Sequence record: MK373786.1
Source of the DNA: Escherichia phage vB_EcoM_R5505
Direction: 5' to 3' (one strand)
Length of the DNA stretch: 64,000 nt
A program made the translations under genes and the position numbers. How positions within the stretch are numbered: position 1 is the stretch's first letter; every line of letters starts with the position of its first letter. Below, one piece after another: positions 46,278 to 56,695 of the stretch. The notes under the pieces are model-generated. The model did no database searches, was not told the DNA's origin, and saw only the letters and a program-made list of their open reading frames with translations.

Positions 46278-47789
46278 ATGACTGACATTAAAGTACATTT
46301 TTATGATTTTAGTCACGTGAGAATTGATTGTGAAGAAAGTACATTTCATGAACTCCGTGATTTCTTTAGCTTTGAAGCTGATGGGTATCGTTTTAATCCG
46401 AAATACAAATATGGCCACTGGGATGGACGAATCCGTCTTTTAGATTATAATCGTCTTCTTCCATTCGGCTTAGTCGGGCAAATTAAAAAGTTCTGTGATA
46501 ACTTTGGCTATAAAGCCTGGATTGACCCACAAATTAACGAAAAAGAAGAATTATCAAGAAAAGATTTTGATGAATGGCTTTCTAAATTAGAAATCTATTC
46601 AGGAAATAAAAGAATTGAACCACACTGGTATCAAAAAGATGCAGTGTTCGAAGGATTAGTTAATCGTCGTAGAATTCTTAATCTTCCAACATCCGCTGGT
46701 AAATCTTTAATTCAAGCTTTGCTTGCGCGATATTATTTGGAAAATTATGAAGGTAAAATTCTTATCATTGTTCCAACAACTGCTCTGACAACTCAGATGG
46801 CTGATGACTTCGTCGACTATCGTTTATTCAGTCATGCAATGATAAAGAAAATTGGTGGCGGAGCATCAAAAGATGATAAATATAAAAATGATGCACCAGT
46901 CGTTGTTGGTACATGGCAAACTGTAGTAAAACAACCGAAAGAATGGTTCTCACAGTTTGGAATGATGATGAATGATGAATGCCATCTTGCTACAGGAAAA
47001 AGTATTTCATCTATCATATCAGGTTTAAATAACTGCATGTTCAAATTTGGTCTATCAGGTTCATTACGTGATGGCAAAGCCAATATCATGCAGTATGTTG
47101 GAATGTTTGGTGAAATATTTAAGCCAGTAACGACTTCTAAATTAATGGAAGATGGACAAGTAACTGAGCTAAAAATTAATAGTATTTTTCTTCGCTATCC
47201 CGATGAGTTCACTACTAAATTAAAGGGAAAAACTTATCAAGAAGAAATAAAAATTATTACTGGGCTTAGTAAAAGAAATAAATGGATCGCTAAATTAGCT
47301 ATTAAGCTTGCGCAAAAAGATGAAAACGCTTTTGTCATGTTTAAACATGTATCGCATGGTAAAGCTATTTTCGATTTAATTAAAAATGAATACGATAAAG
47401 TTTATTACGTATCAGGGGAAGTTGATACCGAAACCCGCAATATAATGAAAACCTTAGCTGAAAATGGTAAAGGAATAATTATAGTAGCTAGTTATGGTGT
47501 ATTTTCTACTGGTATTTCAGTTAAAAATCTGCATCACGTTGTTTTAGCGCACGGTGTTAAATCAAAAATCATTGTATTACAAACAATCGGTCGTGTATTA
47601 CGTAAGCATGGTTCTAAGACAATAGCAACTGTCTGGGACCTCATAGATGATTGTGGCGTTAAGCCAAAATCTGCTAATACGAAAAAGAAATATGTTCATT
47701 TGAACTATCTTTTAAAACACGGCATTGATCGTATTCAGCGCTACGCAGATGAAAAATTTAATTACGTAATGAAAACAGTTAATTTATAA
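46278..47789 (+). CDS. uvsW: UvsW DNA/RNA helicase
   Basis: 503-aa ORF with Walker A (LPTSAGKS) and DECH box (MNDECHLATG). Confidence 0.9.
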   Translation: MTDIKVHFYDFSHVRIDCEESTFHELRDFFSFEADGYRFNPKYKYGHWDGRIRLLDYNRLLPFGLVGQIKKFCDNFGYKAWIDPQINEKEELSRKDFDEWLSKLEIYSGNKRIEPHWYQKDAVFEGLVNRRRILNLPTSAGKSLIQALLARYYLENYEGKILIIVPTTALTTQMADDFVDYRLFSHAMIKKIGGGASKDDKYKNDAPVVVGTWQTVVKQPKEWFSQFGMMMNDECHLATGKSISSIISGLNNCMFKFGLSGSLRDGKANIMQYVGMFGEIFKPVTTSKLMEDGQVTELKINSIFLRYPDEFTTKLKGKTYQEEIKIITGLSKRNKWIAKLAIKLAQKDENAFVMFKHVSHGKAIFDLIKNEYDKVYYVSGEVDTETRNIMKTLAENGKGIIIVASYGVFSTGISVKNLHHVVLAHGVKSKIIVLQTIGRVLRKHGSKTIATVWDLIDDCGVKPKSANTKKKYVHLNYLLKHGIDRIQRYADEKFNYVMKTVNL

Positions 47790-47802
47790 GGGCTTCGGCC
47801 CT
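47789..47802 (+). terminator. stem-loop AGGGCTTCGGCCCT after uvsW
   Basis: Hairpin overlapping the uvsW stop; followed by the SD for uvsW.1. Confidence 0.45.
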
Positions 47803-47814
47803 TTGGAGAAAAAG

Positions 47815-48045
47815 ATGTTACTAGAATTTAAACAATTTCTTTATGAAGCTTCTATTGATGAATTTATGGGTAAAATTGCCTCTTGTCAAACATTAGAAGG
47901 TTTAGAAGAACTTGAAGCTTATTATAAGAAAAGAGTCAAAGAAACTGAATTAAAAGATACTGATGACATCTCAGTTAGAGATGCTTTGGCAGGAAAAAGA
48001 GCTGAATTAGAAGATTCAGACGATGAAGTAGAAGAAAGCTTTTAA
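47815..48045 (+). CDS. uvsW.1: hypothetical protein, T4 uvsW.1 position
   Basis: ORF track start 47803 is TTG; ATG 47815 with SD GGAGAAAAAG gives 76 aa MLLEFKQFLYEASIDEF... Confidence 0.65.
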   Translation: MLLEFKQFLYEASIDEFMGKIASCQTLEGLEELEAYYKKRVKETELKDTDDISVRDALAGKRAELEDSDDEVEESF

Positions 48046-48103
48046 ATTAAAAAAGGCCCAACCAAAAAGGAAGGGCCAAAACTATAGACTAAAGGTCACA
48101 CTA

Positions 48104-48268
48104 TAGCAAAAGTTGTGTTTCATTTAATTGTTCTTCCGAACTTTCTGAAACTGGTAGTTCTTTAATGTAATTATAGCAAGGCCCAGGATGTACAGGACCT
48201 TTGTCTGTTTCAACAACCAATGCAGAATCGATTGGAGTTTTACAGACAACACAAATCTTATCTGACAT
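48104..48268 (-). CDS. uvsY.-2: small Cys-containing protein, T4 uvsY.-2 position (missed by the ORF track, under 60 aa)
   Basis: 54-aa ORF MSDKICVVCKTPIDSALVVETDKGPVHPGPCYNY... with SD AGGAGA; C-x2-C ... H-x3-C suggests a zinc-binding knuckle. Confidence 0.55.
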
Positions 48269-48296
48269 GATTGTCTCCTCTGAATTATATATCTAT

Positions 48297-48521
48297 TTAT
48301 ACAACTCTCATATGCATATCAATGCCCATATCTTTAGAATAAAAATATTCATCAAGATATCCGGCAAATTTTCCTTTAATATAAAGGACATCTTCACCAC
48401 ACGGGTGGTCGGCCAGGATACGAATATCCTGACGCTTAAGATTATGCTTTTTCATTAAGAATTGAATCTCAGTTTCAAATTCTTCTTCATAATTAAAAGC
48501 ATCATCAATGCTATATCTCAT
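48297..48521 (-). CDS. uvsY.-1: hypothetical protein, T4 uvsY.-1 position
   Basis: 74-aa ORF, ATG start; overlaps uvsY stop by 1 nt. Confidence 0.6.
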   Translation of the reverse strand: MRYSIDDAFNYEEEFETEIQFLMKKHNLKRQDIRILADHPCGEDVLYIKGKFAGYLDEYFYSKDMGIDMHMRVV

Positions 48522-48934
48522 TATTTTCCAGCCTCAAATGCTCGCATGTCTTGAATATGCTTAATAGCAAATCCGCGTGATTTGATAGCATCAAGAGCTC
48601 CGCTACAGAAATCTAATAAAATCCCCCAATACTGTAACGAGGTATCAACCTTTAAAACATCCTTATCAGCTGATAGAACTGTCTTCATTTCTGATTTCTC
48701 GTAACGATCCATACTAAATTCATCACCATCTCCTCGTCCCGAGTAGTAGTCTAATTTAGCTTTAAGAGCAACTTTTTTCTGTGCATCAATTCTAAGCATT
48801 TCCTTTTTAATACTTGAATGCTTATTAAGCCATTTACTATATAACATCACATTATTAGCTGCTTCATACTGTAATTTAGTCGAATCTATAAACACATCTT
48901 TCTTCAATTCTTCTTGAAGATCTTCTAATCTCAT
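48521..48934 (-). CDS. uvsY: recombination mediator UvsY
   Basis: 137-aa ORF MRLEDLQEELKKDVFIDSTKLQYEAANNVMLYSKWLNKH... matches T4 UvsY. Confidence 0.9.
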   Translation of the reverse strand: MRLEDLQEELKKDVFIDSTKLQYEAANNVMLYSKWLNKHSSIKKEMLRIDAQKKVALKAKLDYYSGRGDGDEFSMDRYEKSEMKTVLSADKDVLKVDTSLQYWGILLDFCSGALDAIKSRGFAIKHIQDMRAFEAGK

Positions 48935-49000
48935 ATTGTTCTCTATTCAATTGTTATTGGATGGACTTAGATTCATTATACCACGTTTTAACGTGAAGCA

Positions 49001-49399
49001 TTATACTCTATTACTGGAAGCCAGTTGCAGTTTTATCTGCTCAATATCATCAGGATTATCGATGACCGAAAAGCGTATTTCTACTATCAGAGTATAATCA
49101 TCATAAACCGGTATTACATTAACTGCTAATTTATCAATACGTGGCTCATAGTTTCTTACTGCGCTTTCGATGTTACGCTCAACCGTATCAGCAGTAAGAG
49201 GAGTCATATTTTCAAAAAGCTGATCTGATAAATCACATCCAAATTCAGGGTCAAACGGTCTTGAACCTTTTCTTGTTGTAATAATTCCCAAAAGACTGTT
49301 TTTAATTGACCTTAATCCAAGTGATCTGGAAACGTCTTTGTTCCAATCCATTTTCATTTCCGGGTCAATGTCAGAATAAAGCTTATTAATATTTGACAT
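49001..49399 (-). CDS. 25: baseplate wedge protein gp25
   Basis: 132-aa [25 protein letters not shown]...; size and synteny as T4 gp25. Confidence 0.9.
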   Translation of the reverse strand: MSNINKLYSDIDPEMKMDWNKDVSRSLGLRSIKNSLLGIITTRKGSRPFDPEFGCDLSDQLFENMTPLTADTVERNIESAVRNYEPRIDKLAVNVIPVYDDYTLIVEIRFSVIDNPDDIEQIKLQLASSNRV

Positions 49400-50025
49400 T
49401 ATAGTAACTCAAAGAACTCTTTGAGGCCTCTTATTACGTGAGCATGGGTTTTTCCACACTCTGGACACTTAATTGGAACAGCCAAATAAACAGTAGGCTT
49501 TAAAAGCATATCTTTTATAGCTACAATATCTGACTCTGTGATGATAGAATATAAATCTTCCAGCTCTTTTTCATTTAAGTCTTCAACTGGAATGCTTTCC
49601 CCGTTAGCGTGAATCGTTTCTATACATGATACTATCATGTGGGCTATATTTTTATCATCAAAAATTTTAGGGTATCGGAATTTAATTTTAATGTCACCCA
49701 GTGTATACCAGAGGTCTTCTGGTGCATCTATTTGTGTATGTAATAGATTTATATGGGTTGATATTTCAGTTCCACAGGTGCACTTCCAGGAGTTTTCGTG
49801 ATTAACTTCACCGAGAGAATGTGCCCATAAATGAATCAACAATAGTTCTGATTCTTGGCGGTTTAAATCTTTTGCATTTGTGCAGTCTTTGATTAGCTTT
49901 TTAACAATTACTTCTACGGAACCATTATTTTTGGCAGTAATAAGTTCTAGATATTCTTTAAGCGTGAATGCGCGACAATTGATTATTTTAGAACCAACTC
50001 TCACATCAAATTTGTATTCATACAT
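49399..50025 (-). CDS. 26: baseplate hub protein gp26
   Basis: 208-aa ORF; overlaps gene 25 start by 1 nt; synteny. Confidence 0.85.
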   Translation of the reverse strand: MYEYKFDVRVGSKIINCRAFTLKEYLELITAKNNGSVEVIVKKLIKDCTNAKDLNRQESELLLIHLWAHSLGEVNHENSWKCTCGTEISTHINLLHTQIDAPEDLWYTLGDIKIKFRYPKIFDDKNIAHMIVSCIETIHANGESIPVEDLNEKELEDLYSIITESDIVAIKDMLLKPTVYLAVPIKCPECGKTHAHVIRGLKEFFELL

Positions 50026-50047
50026 ATTTTAGCTCCTTTATTTATCA

Positions 50048-50059
50048 TATTTATAAATA
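50048..50059. promoter_or_regulatory. palindromic bidirectional late promoter between genes 26 and 51
   Basis: TATTTATAAATA is its own reverse complement, giving TATAAATA on both strands; 18 nt from gene 51 ATG and 23 nt from gene 26 ATG. Confidence 0.6.
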
Positions 50060-50076
50060 GAATAAAAGGAGCATCT

Positions 50077-50826
50077 ATGGCAAACATTATTCGTTGTAAA
50101 TTACCAGATGGTGTTCATCGTTTTAAACCATTTACGGTAGAAGATTATCGAGATTTTTTGTTAGTTCGAAACGATATAGAACATCGGTCACCACAAGAAC
50201 AAAAAGAAATAATTACTGATTTAATTGATGATTATTTTGGAGACTATCCGAAGACTTGGCAACCATTTATATTTTTGCAGGTATTTGTAGGGTCAATAGG
50301 TAAAACAAAAGTACCAGTCACATTCGTATGTCCAAAATGTAAAAAAGAAAAGACAGTTCCATTTGAAATATACCAAAAAGAATTAAAGGAACCTGTTTTT
50401 GATGTAGCTAATGTTAAAATTAAATTAAAGTTTCCTTCTGAGTTTTATGAAAATAAAGCAAAGATGATTACTGAAAATATTCATTCTGTTCAAGTAGATG
50501 AAATATGGTATGATTGGAAGGAAATTAGTGAATCAAGCCAAATAGAACTTGTTGACGCCATCGAGATAGAAACATTAGAAAAAATTCTCGATGCAATGAA
50601 TCCTATTAATTTAACTCTACATATGTCATGCTGTAATAAGTACATTAAAAAATACACTGATATAGTAGACGTGTTTAAGCTATTAGTTAACCCAGATGAG
50701 ATATTTACTTTTTATCAAATTAACCACACACTTGTAAAAAGCAATTATAGCTTAAATTCAATAATGAAAATGATTCCTGCTGAGCGCGGATTCGTATTAA
50801 AACTGATTGAGAAGGATAAACAATAA
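50077..50826 (+). CDS. 51: baseplate hub assembly protein gp51
   Basis: 249-aa ORF; size and synteny. Confidence 0.85.
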   Translation: MANIIRCKLPDGVHRFKPFTVEDYRDFLLVRNDIEHRSPQEQKEIITDLIDDYFGDYPKTWQPFIFLQVFVGSIGKTKVPVTFVCPKCKKEKTVPFEIYQKELKEPVFDVANVKIKLKFPSEFYENKAKMITENIHSVQVDEIWYDWKEISESSQIELVDAIEIETLEKILDAMNPINLTLHMSCCNKYIKKYTDIVDVFKLLVNPDEIFTFYQINHTLVKSNYSLNSIMKMIPAERGFVLKLIEKDKQ

Positions 50827-51998
50827 TGAGTATGTTGCAACGCCCCGGATATCCAAATCTCAGCGTTAAATTATTTGATAGCTACGACGCTTGGAGTAAT
50901 AATAGATTTGTTGAATTAGCTGCTACTATTACCACATTAACTATGCGGGATTCTCTTTATGGCCGAAATGAAGGAATGCTGCAGTTTTATGATTCTAAAA
51001 ACATCCATACAAAAATGGATGGAAATGAAATAATTCAGATTTCTGTAGCTAATGCAAACGATATTAATAATGTTAAAACACGAATTTATGGATGCAAGCA
51101 TTTTTCCGTGTCAGTAGATTCAAAAGGCGATAACATCATTGCTATTGAATTGGGAACTATTCATTCTATAGAAAATCTTAAATTTGGTAGACCATTTTTC
51201 CCTGATGCAGGTGAATCTATAAAAGAAATGCTTGGTGTCATTTATCAAGATCGCACATTATTAACTCCAGCAATAAATGCTATAAATGCTTATGTTCCTG
51301 ATATTCCATGGACTAGCACATTTGAAAACTATTTGTCATATGTAAGAGAAGTTGCTCTAGCTGTGGGAAGTGACAAATTTGTATTTGTGTGGCAAGACAT
51401 CATGGGAGTTAACATGATGGACTATGATATGATGATAAATCAAGAACCATATCCAATGATTGTCGGTGAGCCATCTTTAATAGGTCAATTCATCCAAGAA
51501 TTAAAATATCCATTAGCATATGATTTCGTTTGGTTGACTAAATCGAATCCTCACAAACGCGACCCAATGAAAAATGCTACTATCTATGCACATTCGTTTT
51601 TAGATTCTTCACTGCCAATGATTACTACAGGAAAGGGCGAAAACTCTATTGTGGTGTCAAGGTCAGGTGCTTATTCTGAAATGACTTATAGGAATGGCTA
51701 TGAAGAAGCTATTCGTCTTCAAACTATGGCGCAATATGACGGTTATGCTAAATGTTCTACTGTCGGTAATTTTAACTTGACTCCTGGTGTTAAAATTATT
51801 TTTAATGATAGTAAAAACCAATTTAAAACAGAATTTTACGTTGATGAAGTTATCCATGAATTATCCAATAATAATTCAGTAACTCATCTATATATGTTCA
51901 CTAATGCAACGAAACTGGAAACAATAGACCCAGTTAAGGTTAAAAATGAATTTAAATCTGATACTACCACTGAAGAAAGTAGTTCTTCCAATAAGTAA
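50826..51998 (+). CDS. 27: baseplate hub protein gp27
   Basis: 390-aa ORF; size and synteny. Confidence 0.9.
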   Translation: MSMLQRPGYPNLSVKLFDSYDAWSNNRFVELAATITTLTMRDSLYGRNEGMLQFYDSKNIHTKMDGNEIIQISVANANDINNVKTRIYGCKHFSVSVDSKGDNIIAIELGTIHSIENLKFGRPFFPDAGESIKEMLGVIYQDRTLLTPAINAINAYVPDIPWTSTFENYLSYVREVALAVGSDKFVFVWQDIMGVNMMDYDMMINQEPYPMIVGEPSLIGQFIQELKYPLAYDFVWLTKSNPHKRDPMKNATIYAHSFLDSSLPMITTGKGENSIVVSRSGAYSEMTYRNGYEEAIRLQTMAQYDGYAKCSTVGNFNLTPGVKIIFNDSKNQFKTEFYVDEVIHELSNNNSVTHLYMFTNATKLETIDPVKVKNEFKSDTTTEESSSSNK

Positions 51999-52479
51999 TA
52001 AAGAAGTTTCTATTCCTAAAATGGGTCTTAAACATTATAACATTTTAAAAGATGTTAAAGGTCCTGATGAAAATTTAAAACTTCTTATTGATTCTATTTG
52101 TCCGAATTTATCACCGGCAGAAGTTGATTTCGTTTCTATTCATTTATTGGAATTTAATGGAAAGATTAAATCTCGTAAAGAAATAGATGGTTATACTTAT
52201 GACATTAATGATGTTTATGTGTGCCAAAGATTAGAATTTCAATACCAAGGAAATACATTTTATTTTAGACCTCCTGGAAAATTTGAACAATTTTTAACGG
52301 TGAGCGATATGTTATCTAAATGCTTGCTTAAGGTCAATGATGAAGTTAAAGAAATTAATTTTCTTGAGATGCCAGCATTCGTTTTAAAATGGGCAAATGA
52401 TATTTTTACAACTTTAGCAATTCCTGGCCCTAATGGTCCAATAACTGGAATTGGCAATATTATTGGATTATTTGAATGA
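51946..52479 (+). CDS. 28: baseplate hub distal protein gp28
   Basis: 177-aa ORF overlapping gene 27 3' end by 53 nt in another frame; size and synteny. Confidence 0.85.
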   Translation: MNLNLILPLKKVVLPISNKEVSIPKMGLKHYNILKDVKGPDENLKLLIDSICPNLSPAEVDFVSIHLLEFNGKIKSRKEIDGYTYDINDVYVCQRLEFQYQGNTFYFRPPGKFEQFLTVSDMLSKCLLKVNDEVKEINFLEMPAFVLKWANDIFTTLAIPGPNGPITGIGNIIGLFE

Positions 52480-54248
52480 AAAAGCCACAAGAAATGCAAA
52501 CGATGCGTAGAAAAGTTATTTCAGATAATAAACCAACACAGGAAGCGGCTAAATCCGCTTCCAACACTTTATCTGGACTTAATGATATATCTACGAAATT
52601 GGATGATGCTCAAGCTGCTTCTGAATTAATAGCTCAAACTGTCGAAGAAAAATCGAATGAAATAGTTGGAGCAATTGGTAACGTAGAAAGCGCAGTGAGT
52701 GATACTACTGCCGGTTCTGAGTTAATTGCTGAAACTGTTGAAATTGGCAACAATATTAATAAAGAAATCGGTGAATCACTCGGGAGCAAATTAGATAAAT
52801 TAACAAGTTTACTAGAGCAAAAAATTCAGACAGCTGGAATTCAACAGACTGGAACTAGTTTAGCCACAGTTGAAAGCGCTATTCCTGTTAAAGTCGTTGA
52901 GGATGATACTGCTGAATCTGTGGGTCCTTTATTACCGGCCCCTGAAGCAGTTAATAATGATCCTGACGCTGATTTTTTCCCTACCCCTCAGCCAGTTGAA
53001 CCCAAACAAGAATCGCCAGAAGAAAAACAGAAAAAAGAAGCATTTAACTTAAAATTATCTCAAGCTTTAGATAAATTAACGAAGACTGTTGATTTTGGAT
53101 TTAAAAAATCCATTTCAATTACTGATAAAATATCAAGCATGTTATTTAAGTACACCATCAGTGCTGCTATTGAAGCTGCTAAAATGACTGCAATGATATT
53201 GGCTGTTGTTGTTGGAATAGACCTGTTGATGGTTCATTTTAAATACTGGTCAGATAAATTTTCAAAAGCCTGGGATTTATTTAATACTGACTTTACTAAA
53301 TTCTCTAGCGAAACCGGAACATGGGGTCCTTTATTACAGAGCATCTTTGATTCTATTGATAAAATTAAACAACTTTGGGAAGCGGGAGATTGGGGTGGAT
53401 TGACAGTAGCTATTGTTGAAGGGCTTGGAAAGGTTCTTTATAATTTAGGAGAACTTATTCAGCTTGGAATGGCTAAATTATCTGCGGCAATTCTTCGAGT
53501 CATTCCTGGCATGAAGGATACTGCTGATGAAGTAGAAGGAAGAGCACTAGAAAATTTCCAAAATTCTACTGGAGCATCTCTCAATAAAGAAGACCAGGAA
53601 AAAGTTGCAAATTATCAAGATAAACGAATGAATGGAGACCTTGGTCCGATAGCAAAAGGATTAGATAAAATTGCTAATTGGAAAACTCGTGCATCTAATT
53701 GGATTCGTGGGGTTGATAATAAAGAAGCACTAACTACCGACGAAGAGCGTGCGGCAGAAGAAGAAAAATTAAAGCAACTTTCACCTGAAGAAAGAAAAAA
53801 TGCTTTAATGAAGGCTAATGAAGCCCGTGCCGCAATGATTCGCTTTGAAAAATATGCTGATTCAGCTGATATGAGTAAAGACTCAACGGTTAAATCAGTT
53901 GAAGCTGCCTATGAAGACCTTAAAAAACGGATGGATGACCCGGATTTAAATAATTCACCGGCAGTTAAAAAAGAACTTGCTGCTAGATTTTCTAAAATTG
54001 ATGCTACTTATCAAGAGCTCAAGAAAAATCAGCCTAATGCCAAACCTGAAACTTCTGCTAAATCACCAGAAGCGAAACAAGTCCAGGTGATTGAAAAGAA
54101 CAAAGCACAGCAAGCTCCTGTTCAACAAGCATCTCCTTCAATCAATAATACTAATAATGTTATTAAGAAAAATACTGTCGTTCATAATATGACACCCGTA
54201 ACGAGCACGACTGCTCCTGGTGTATTTGATGCGACTGGAGTTAATTAA
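52476..54248 (+). CDS. 29: tail tape-measure protein gp29
   Basis: 590-aa ORF, largely helical low-complexity; size and synteny. Confidence 0.9.
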   Translation: MKKPQEMQTMRRKVISDNKPTQEAAKSASNTLSGLNDISTKLDDAQAASELIAQTVEEKSNEIVGAIGNVESAVSDTTAGSELIAETVEIGNNINKEIGESLGSKLDKLTSLLEQKIQTAGIQQTGTSLATVESAIPVKVVEDDTAESVGPLLPAPEAVNNDPDADFFPTPQPVEPKQESPEEKQKKEAFNLKLSQALDKLTKTVDFGFKKSISITDKISSMLFKYTISAAIEAAKMTAMILAVVVGIDLLMVHFKYWSDKFSKAWDLFNTDFTKFSSETGTWGPLLQSIFDSIDKIKQLWEAGDWGGLTVAIVEGLGKVLYNLGELIQLGMAKLSAAILRVIPGMKDTADEVEGRALENFQNSTGASLNKEDQEKVANYQDKRMNGDLGPIAKGLDKIANWKTRASNWIRGVDNKEALTTDEERAAEEEKLKQLSPEERKNALMKANEARAAMIRFEKYADSADMSKDSTVKSVEAAYEDLKKRMDDPDLNNSPAVKKELAARFSKIDATYQELKKNQPNAKPETSAKSPEAKQVQVIEKNKAQQAPVQQASPSINNTNNVIKKNTVVHNMTPVTSTTAPGVFDATGVN

Positions 54249-54256
54249 GGAATAAT

Positions 54257-55351
54257 ATGGCAATTGTTAAAGAAATAACTGCTGATTTAATTAAAAAGTC
54301 TGGTGAGAAAATTTCAGCCGGACAGAGTACTAAATCAGAAGTAGGAACTAAAACATACACTGCCCAGTTTCCAACTGGGCGTGCTAGTGGTAATGACACT
54401 ACAGGGGACTTCCAGGTAACAGATCTATATAAGAATGGATTATTATTTACTGCATACAATATGTCATCTAGGGATTCTGGAAGTCTTAGATCGATGAGAT
54501 CTAACTACTCTTCTTCATCTTCGAGTATTTTACGTACAGCTAGAAACACTATTAGTAGTACAGTATCAAAACTATCAAATGGATTAATATCAAATAATAA
54601 TTCAGGAACAATAAGTAAATCTCCTATCGCAAATATTCTTTTACCGAGATCTAAATCTGATGTTGATACATCATCACATAGATTTAATGATGTTCAAGAA
54701 AGCCTCATCAGTAGAGGCGGAGGTACTGCTACTGGTGTGCTAAGTAATATTGCTTCAACCGCAGTATTTGGGGCGCTGGAAAGTATAACACAAGGTATAA
54801 TGGCTGATAATAATGAACAGATTTATACGACAGCCAGAAGTATGTATGGTGGTGCTGAAAATAGAACTAAAGTGTTTACATGGGATTTGACTCCACGTTC
54901 AACAGAAGATTTAATGGCTATTATTAATATCTATCAATATTTTAACTATTTTTCTTATGGTGAAACGGGTAAATCTCAATATGCTGCTGAAATAAAGGGA
55001 TATTTAGATGATTGGTATCGTTCTACGTTAATTGAACCTTTATCTCCGGAAGACGCAGCTAAAAATAAAACACTATTTGAGAAAATGACATCGAGTTTAA
55101 CTAACGTTCTAGTAGTTTCAAACCCGACAGTTTGGATGGTGAAAAACTTTGGTGCAACATCTAAGTTTGATGGAAAAACGGAAATATTCGGTCCATGTCA
55201 AATCCAGAGTATCAGATTTGATAAAACACCTAATGGTAACTTTAACGGATTAGCTATTGCTCCAAACCTCCCTAGTACATTTACTCTTGAGATTACTATG
55301 AGAGAAATTATCACGTTAAACCGTGCTTCTTTATATGCGGGGACTTTTTAA
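54257..55351 (+). CDS. 48: baseplate-tube junction protein gp48
   Basis: 364-aa ORF; size and synteny. Confidence 0.9.
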   Translation: MAIVKEITADLIKKSGEKISAGQSTKSEVGTKTYTAQFPTGRASGNDTTGDFQVTDLYKNGLLFTAYNMSSRDSGSLRSMRSNYSSSSSSILRTARNTISSTVSKLSNGLISNNNSGTISKSPIANILLPRSKSDVDTSSHRFNDVQESLISRGGGTATGVLSNIASTAVFGALESITQGIMADNNEQIYTTARSMYGGAENRTKVFTWDLTPRSTEDLMAIINIYQYFNYFSYGETGKSQYAAEIKGYLDDWYRSTLIEPLSPEDAAKNKTLFEKMTSSLTNVLVVSNPTVWMVKNFGATSKFDGKTEIFGPCQIQSIRFDKTPNGNFNGLAIAPNLPSTFTLEITMREIITLNRASLYAGTF

Positions 55352-56316
55352 TGTATTCTTTAGAGGAATTTAATAATCAAGCAATAAACGCAGATTTCCA
55401 ACGTAATAATATGTTTAGCTGCGTTTTTGCGACAACTCCATCAACTAAAAGCTCTTCGTTGATAAGTTCAATTAGCAACTTTTCTTATAATAACTTGGGC
55501 CTAAATTCAGATTGGTTAGGATTGACTCAAGGTGATATTAATCAGGGAATTACCACGCTAATTACTGCTGGCACACAAAAACTGATAAGAAAATCAGGGG
55601 TTAGTAAATATCTTATTGGTGCCATGAGTCAACGTACAGTTCAAAGTTTATTAGGCTCATTTACAGTTGGTACATATTTAATTGACTTCTTTAATATGGC
55701 ATATAACTCATCTGGATTGATGATATATTCAGTAAAAATGCCAGAGAATAGATTATCCTATGAAACTGACTGGAACTATAATTCTCCTAATATTCGTATA
55801 ACTGGGAGAGAATTAGACCCTTTGGTTATTTCATTTAGAATGGATTCAGAAGCATGTAACTATCGTGCAATGCAAGACTGGGTTAACGCTGTTCAAGACC
55901 CAGTAACTGGATTACGCGCTTTGCCACAAGATGTCGAGGCAGATATTCAGGTTAATCTTCATTCTCGCAATGGATTACCTCATACTGCGGTGATGTTCAC
56001 AGGATGCATTCCAATATCAGTGAGCGCTCCCGAGTTATCATATGATGGAGATAACCAAATAACTACATTTGATGTTACTTTTGCGTACAGAGTGATGCAG
56101 GCTGGAGCAGTTGATAGGCAAGCTGCGCTTGAATGGCTTGAATCTGCTGCTATAAATGGTATTCAAAGCGTTCTCGGAAATAGTGGAGGTGTTACTGGAC
56201 TATCTAATTCGCTTTCACGACTTAGTAGATTAGGAGGGACTGCTGGAAGCATTTCAAACATTAATACTATGACAGGAATTGTTAATTCGCAGAGTAAAAT
56301 ATTAGGAGCAATATAA
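55351..56316 (+). CDS. 54: baseplate-tube initiator protein gp54
   Basis: 321-aa ORF; size and synteny. Confidence 0.9.
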   Translation: MYSLEEFNNQAINADFQRNNMFSCVFATTPSTKSSSLISSISNFSYNNLGLNSDWLGLTQGDINQGITTLITAGTQKLIRKSGVSKYLIGAMSQRTVQSLLGSFTVGTYLIDFFNMAYNSSGLMIYSVKMPENRLSYETDWNYNSPNIRITGRELDPLVISFRMDSEACNYRAMQDWVNAVQDPVTGLRALPQDVEADIQVNLHSRNGLPHTAVMFTGCIPISVSAPELSYDGDNQITTFDVTFAYRVMQAGAVDRQAALEWLESAAINGIQSVLGNSGGVTGLSNSLSRLSRLGGTAGSISNINTMTGIVNSQSKILGAI

Positions 56317-56317
56317 C

Positions 56318-56350
56318 AATGGGGACCTTTCGGTCCCCATATTTTTATTT
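56318..56350. terminator. bidirectional terminator between gene 54 and alt.-3
   Basis: Hairpin ATGGGGACC-TTTCG-GTCCCCAT followed by ATTTTTATTT. Confidence 0.7.
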
Positions 56351-56635
56351 ACGGAATGAAATGAAAGCAGAAACTGAAGCAACTAAACTGTCTTCAATAT
56401 AAACTTCAATTTTTACCGGAGCTTCTGACTCGAATTTACCTGTTACTACACCTTGGAAAATACTTTCAGTTTGTTCTGGCTTTGAAAAATTTTCAGAAGG
56501 AAAAATTCCGAACTTTTTATCTGTTCCAAAAATTTTGATAAATTCATCATAAACTGCTTCATTAAAAGCATTATCAGCAGGAATAACGCCTTCAACTACA
56601 AGTTCTTGACCTAAAAAGCGCAAAGAAGATTTCAT
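56345..56635 (-). CDS. alt.-3: hypothetical protein, T4 alt.-3 position
   Basis: 96-aa ORF, ATG start with SD GAGGAACAC; synteny only. Confidence 0.6.
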   Translation of the reverse strand: MKSSLRFLGQELVVEGVIPADNAFNEAVYDEFIKIFGTDKKFGIFPSENFSKPEQTESIFQGVVTGKFESEAPVKIEVYIEDSLVASVSAFISFRK

Positions 56636-56657
56636 TTTGTGTTCCTCATGTTATGTC

Positions 56658-56687
56658 AGTAAGACTACTATAACACAACACGAGGGA
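56658..56687 (-). promoter_or_regulatory. sigma70-type promoter for alt.-3
   Basis: Minus strand: GTTTACA-N17-TATAGT ending ~20 nt upstream of alt.-3 ATG. Confidence 0.4.
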
Positions 56688-56695
56688 CTTGTAAA

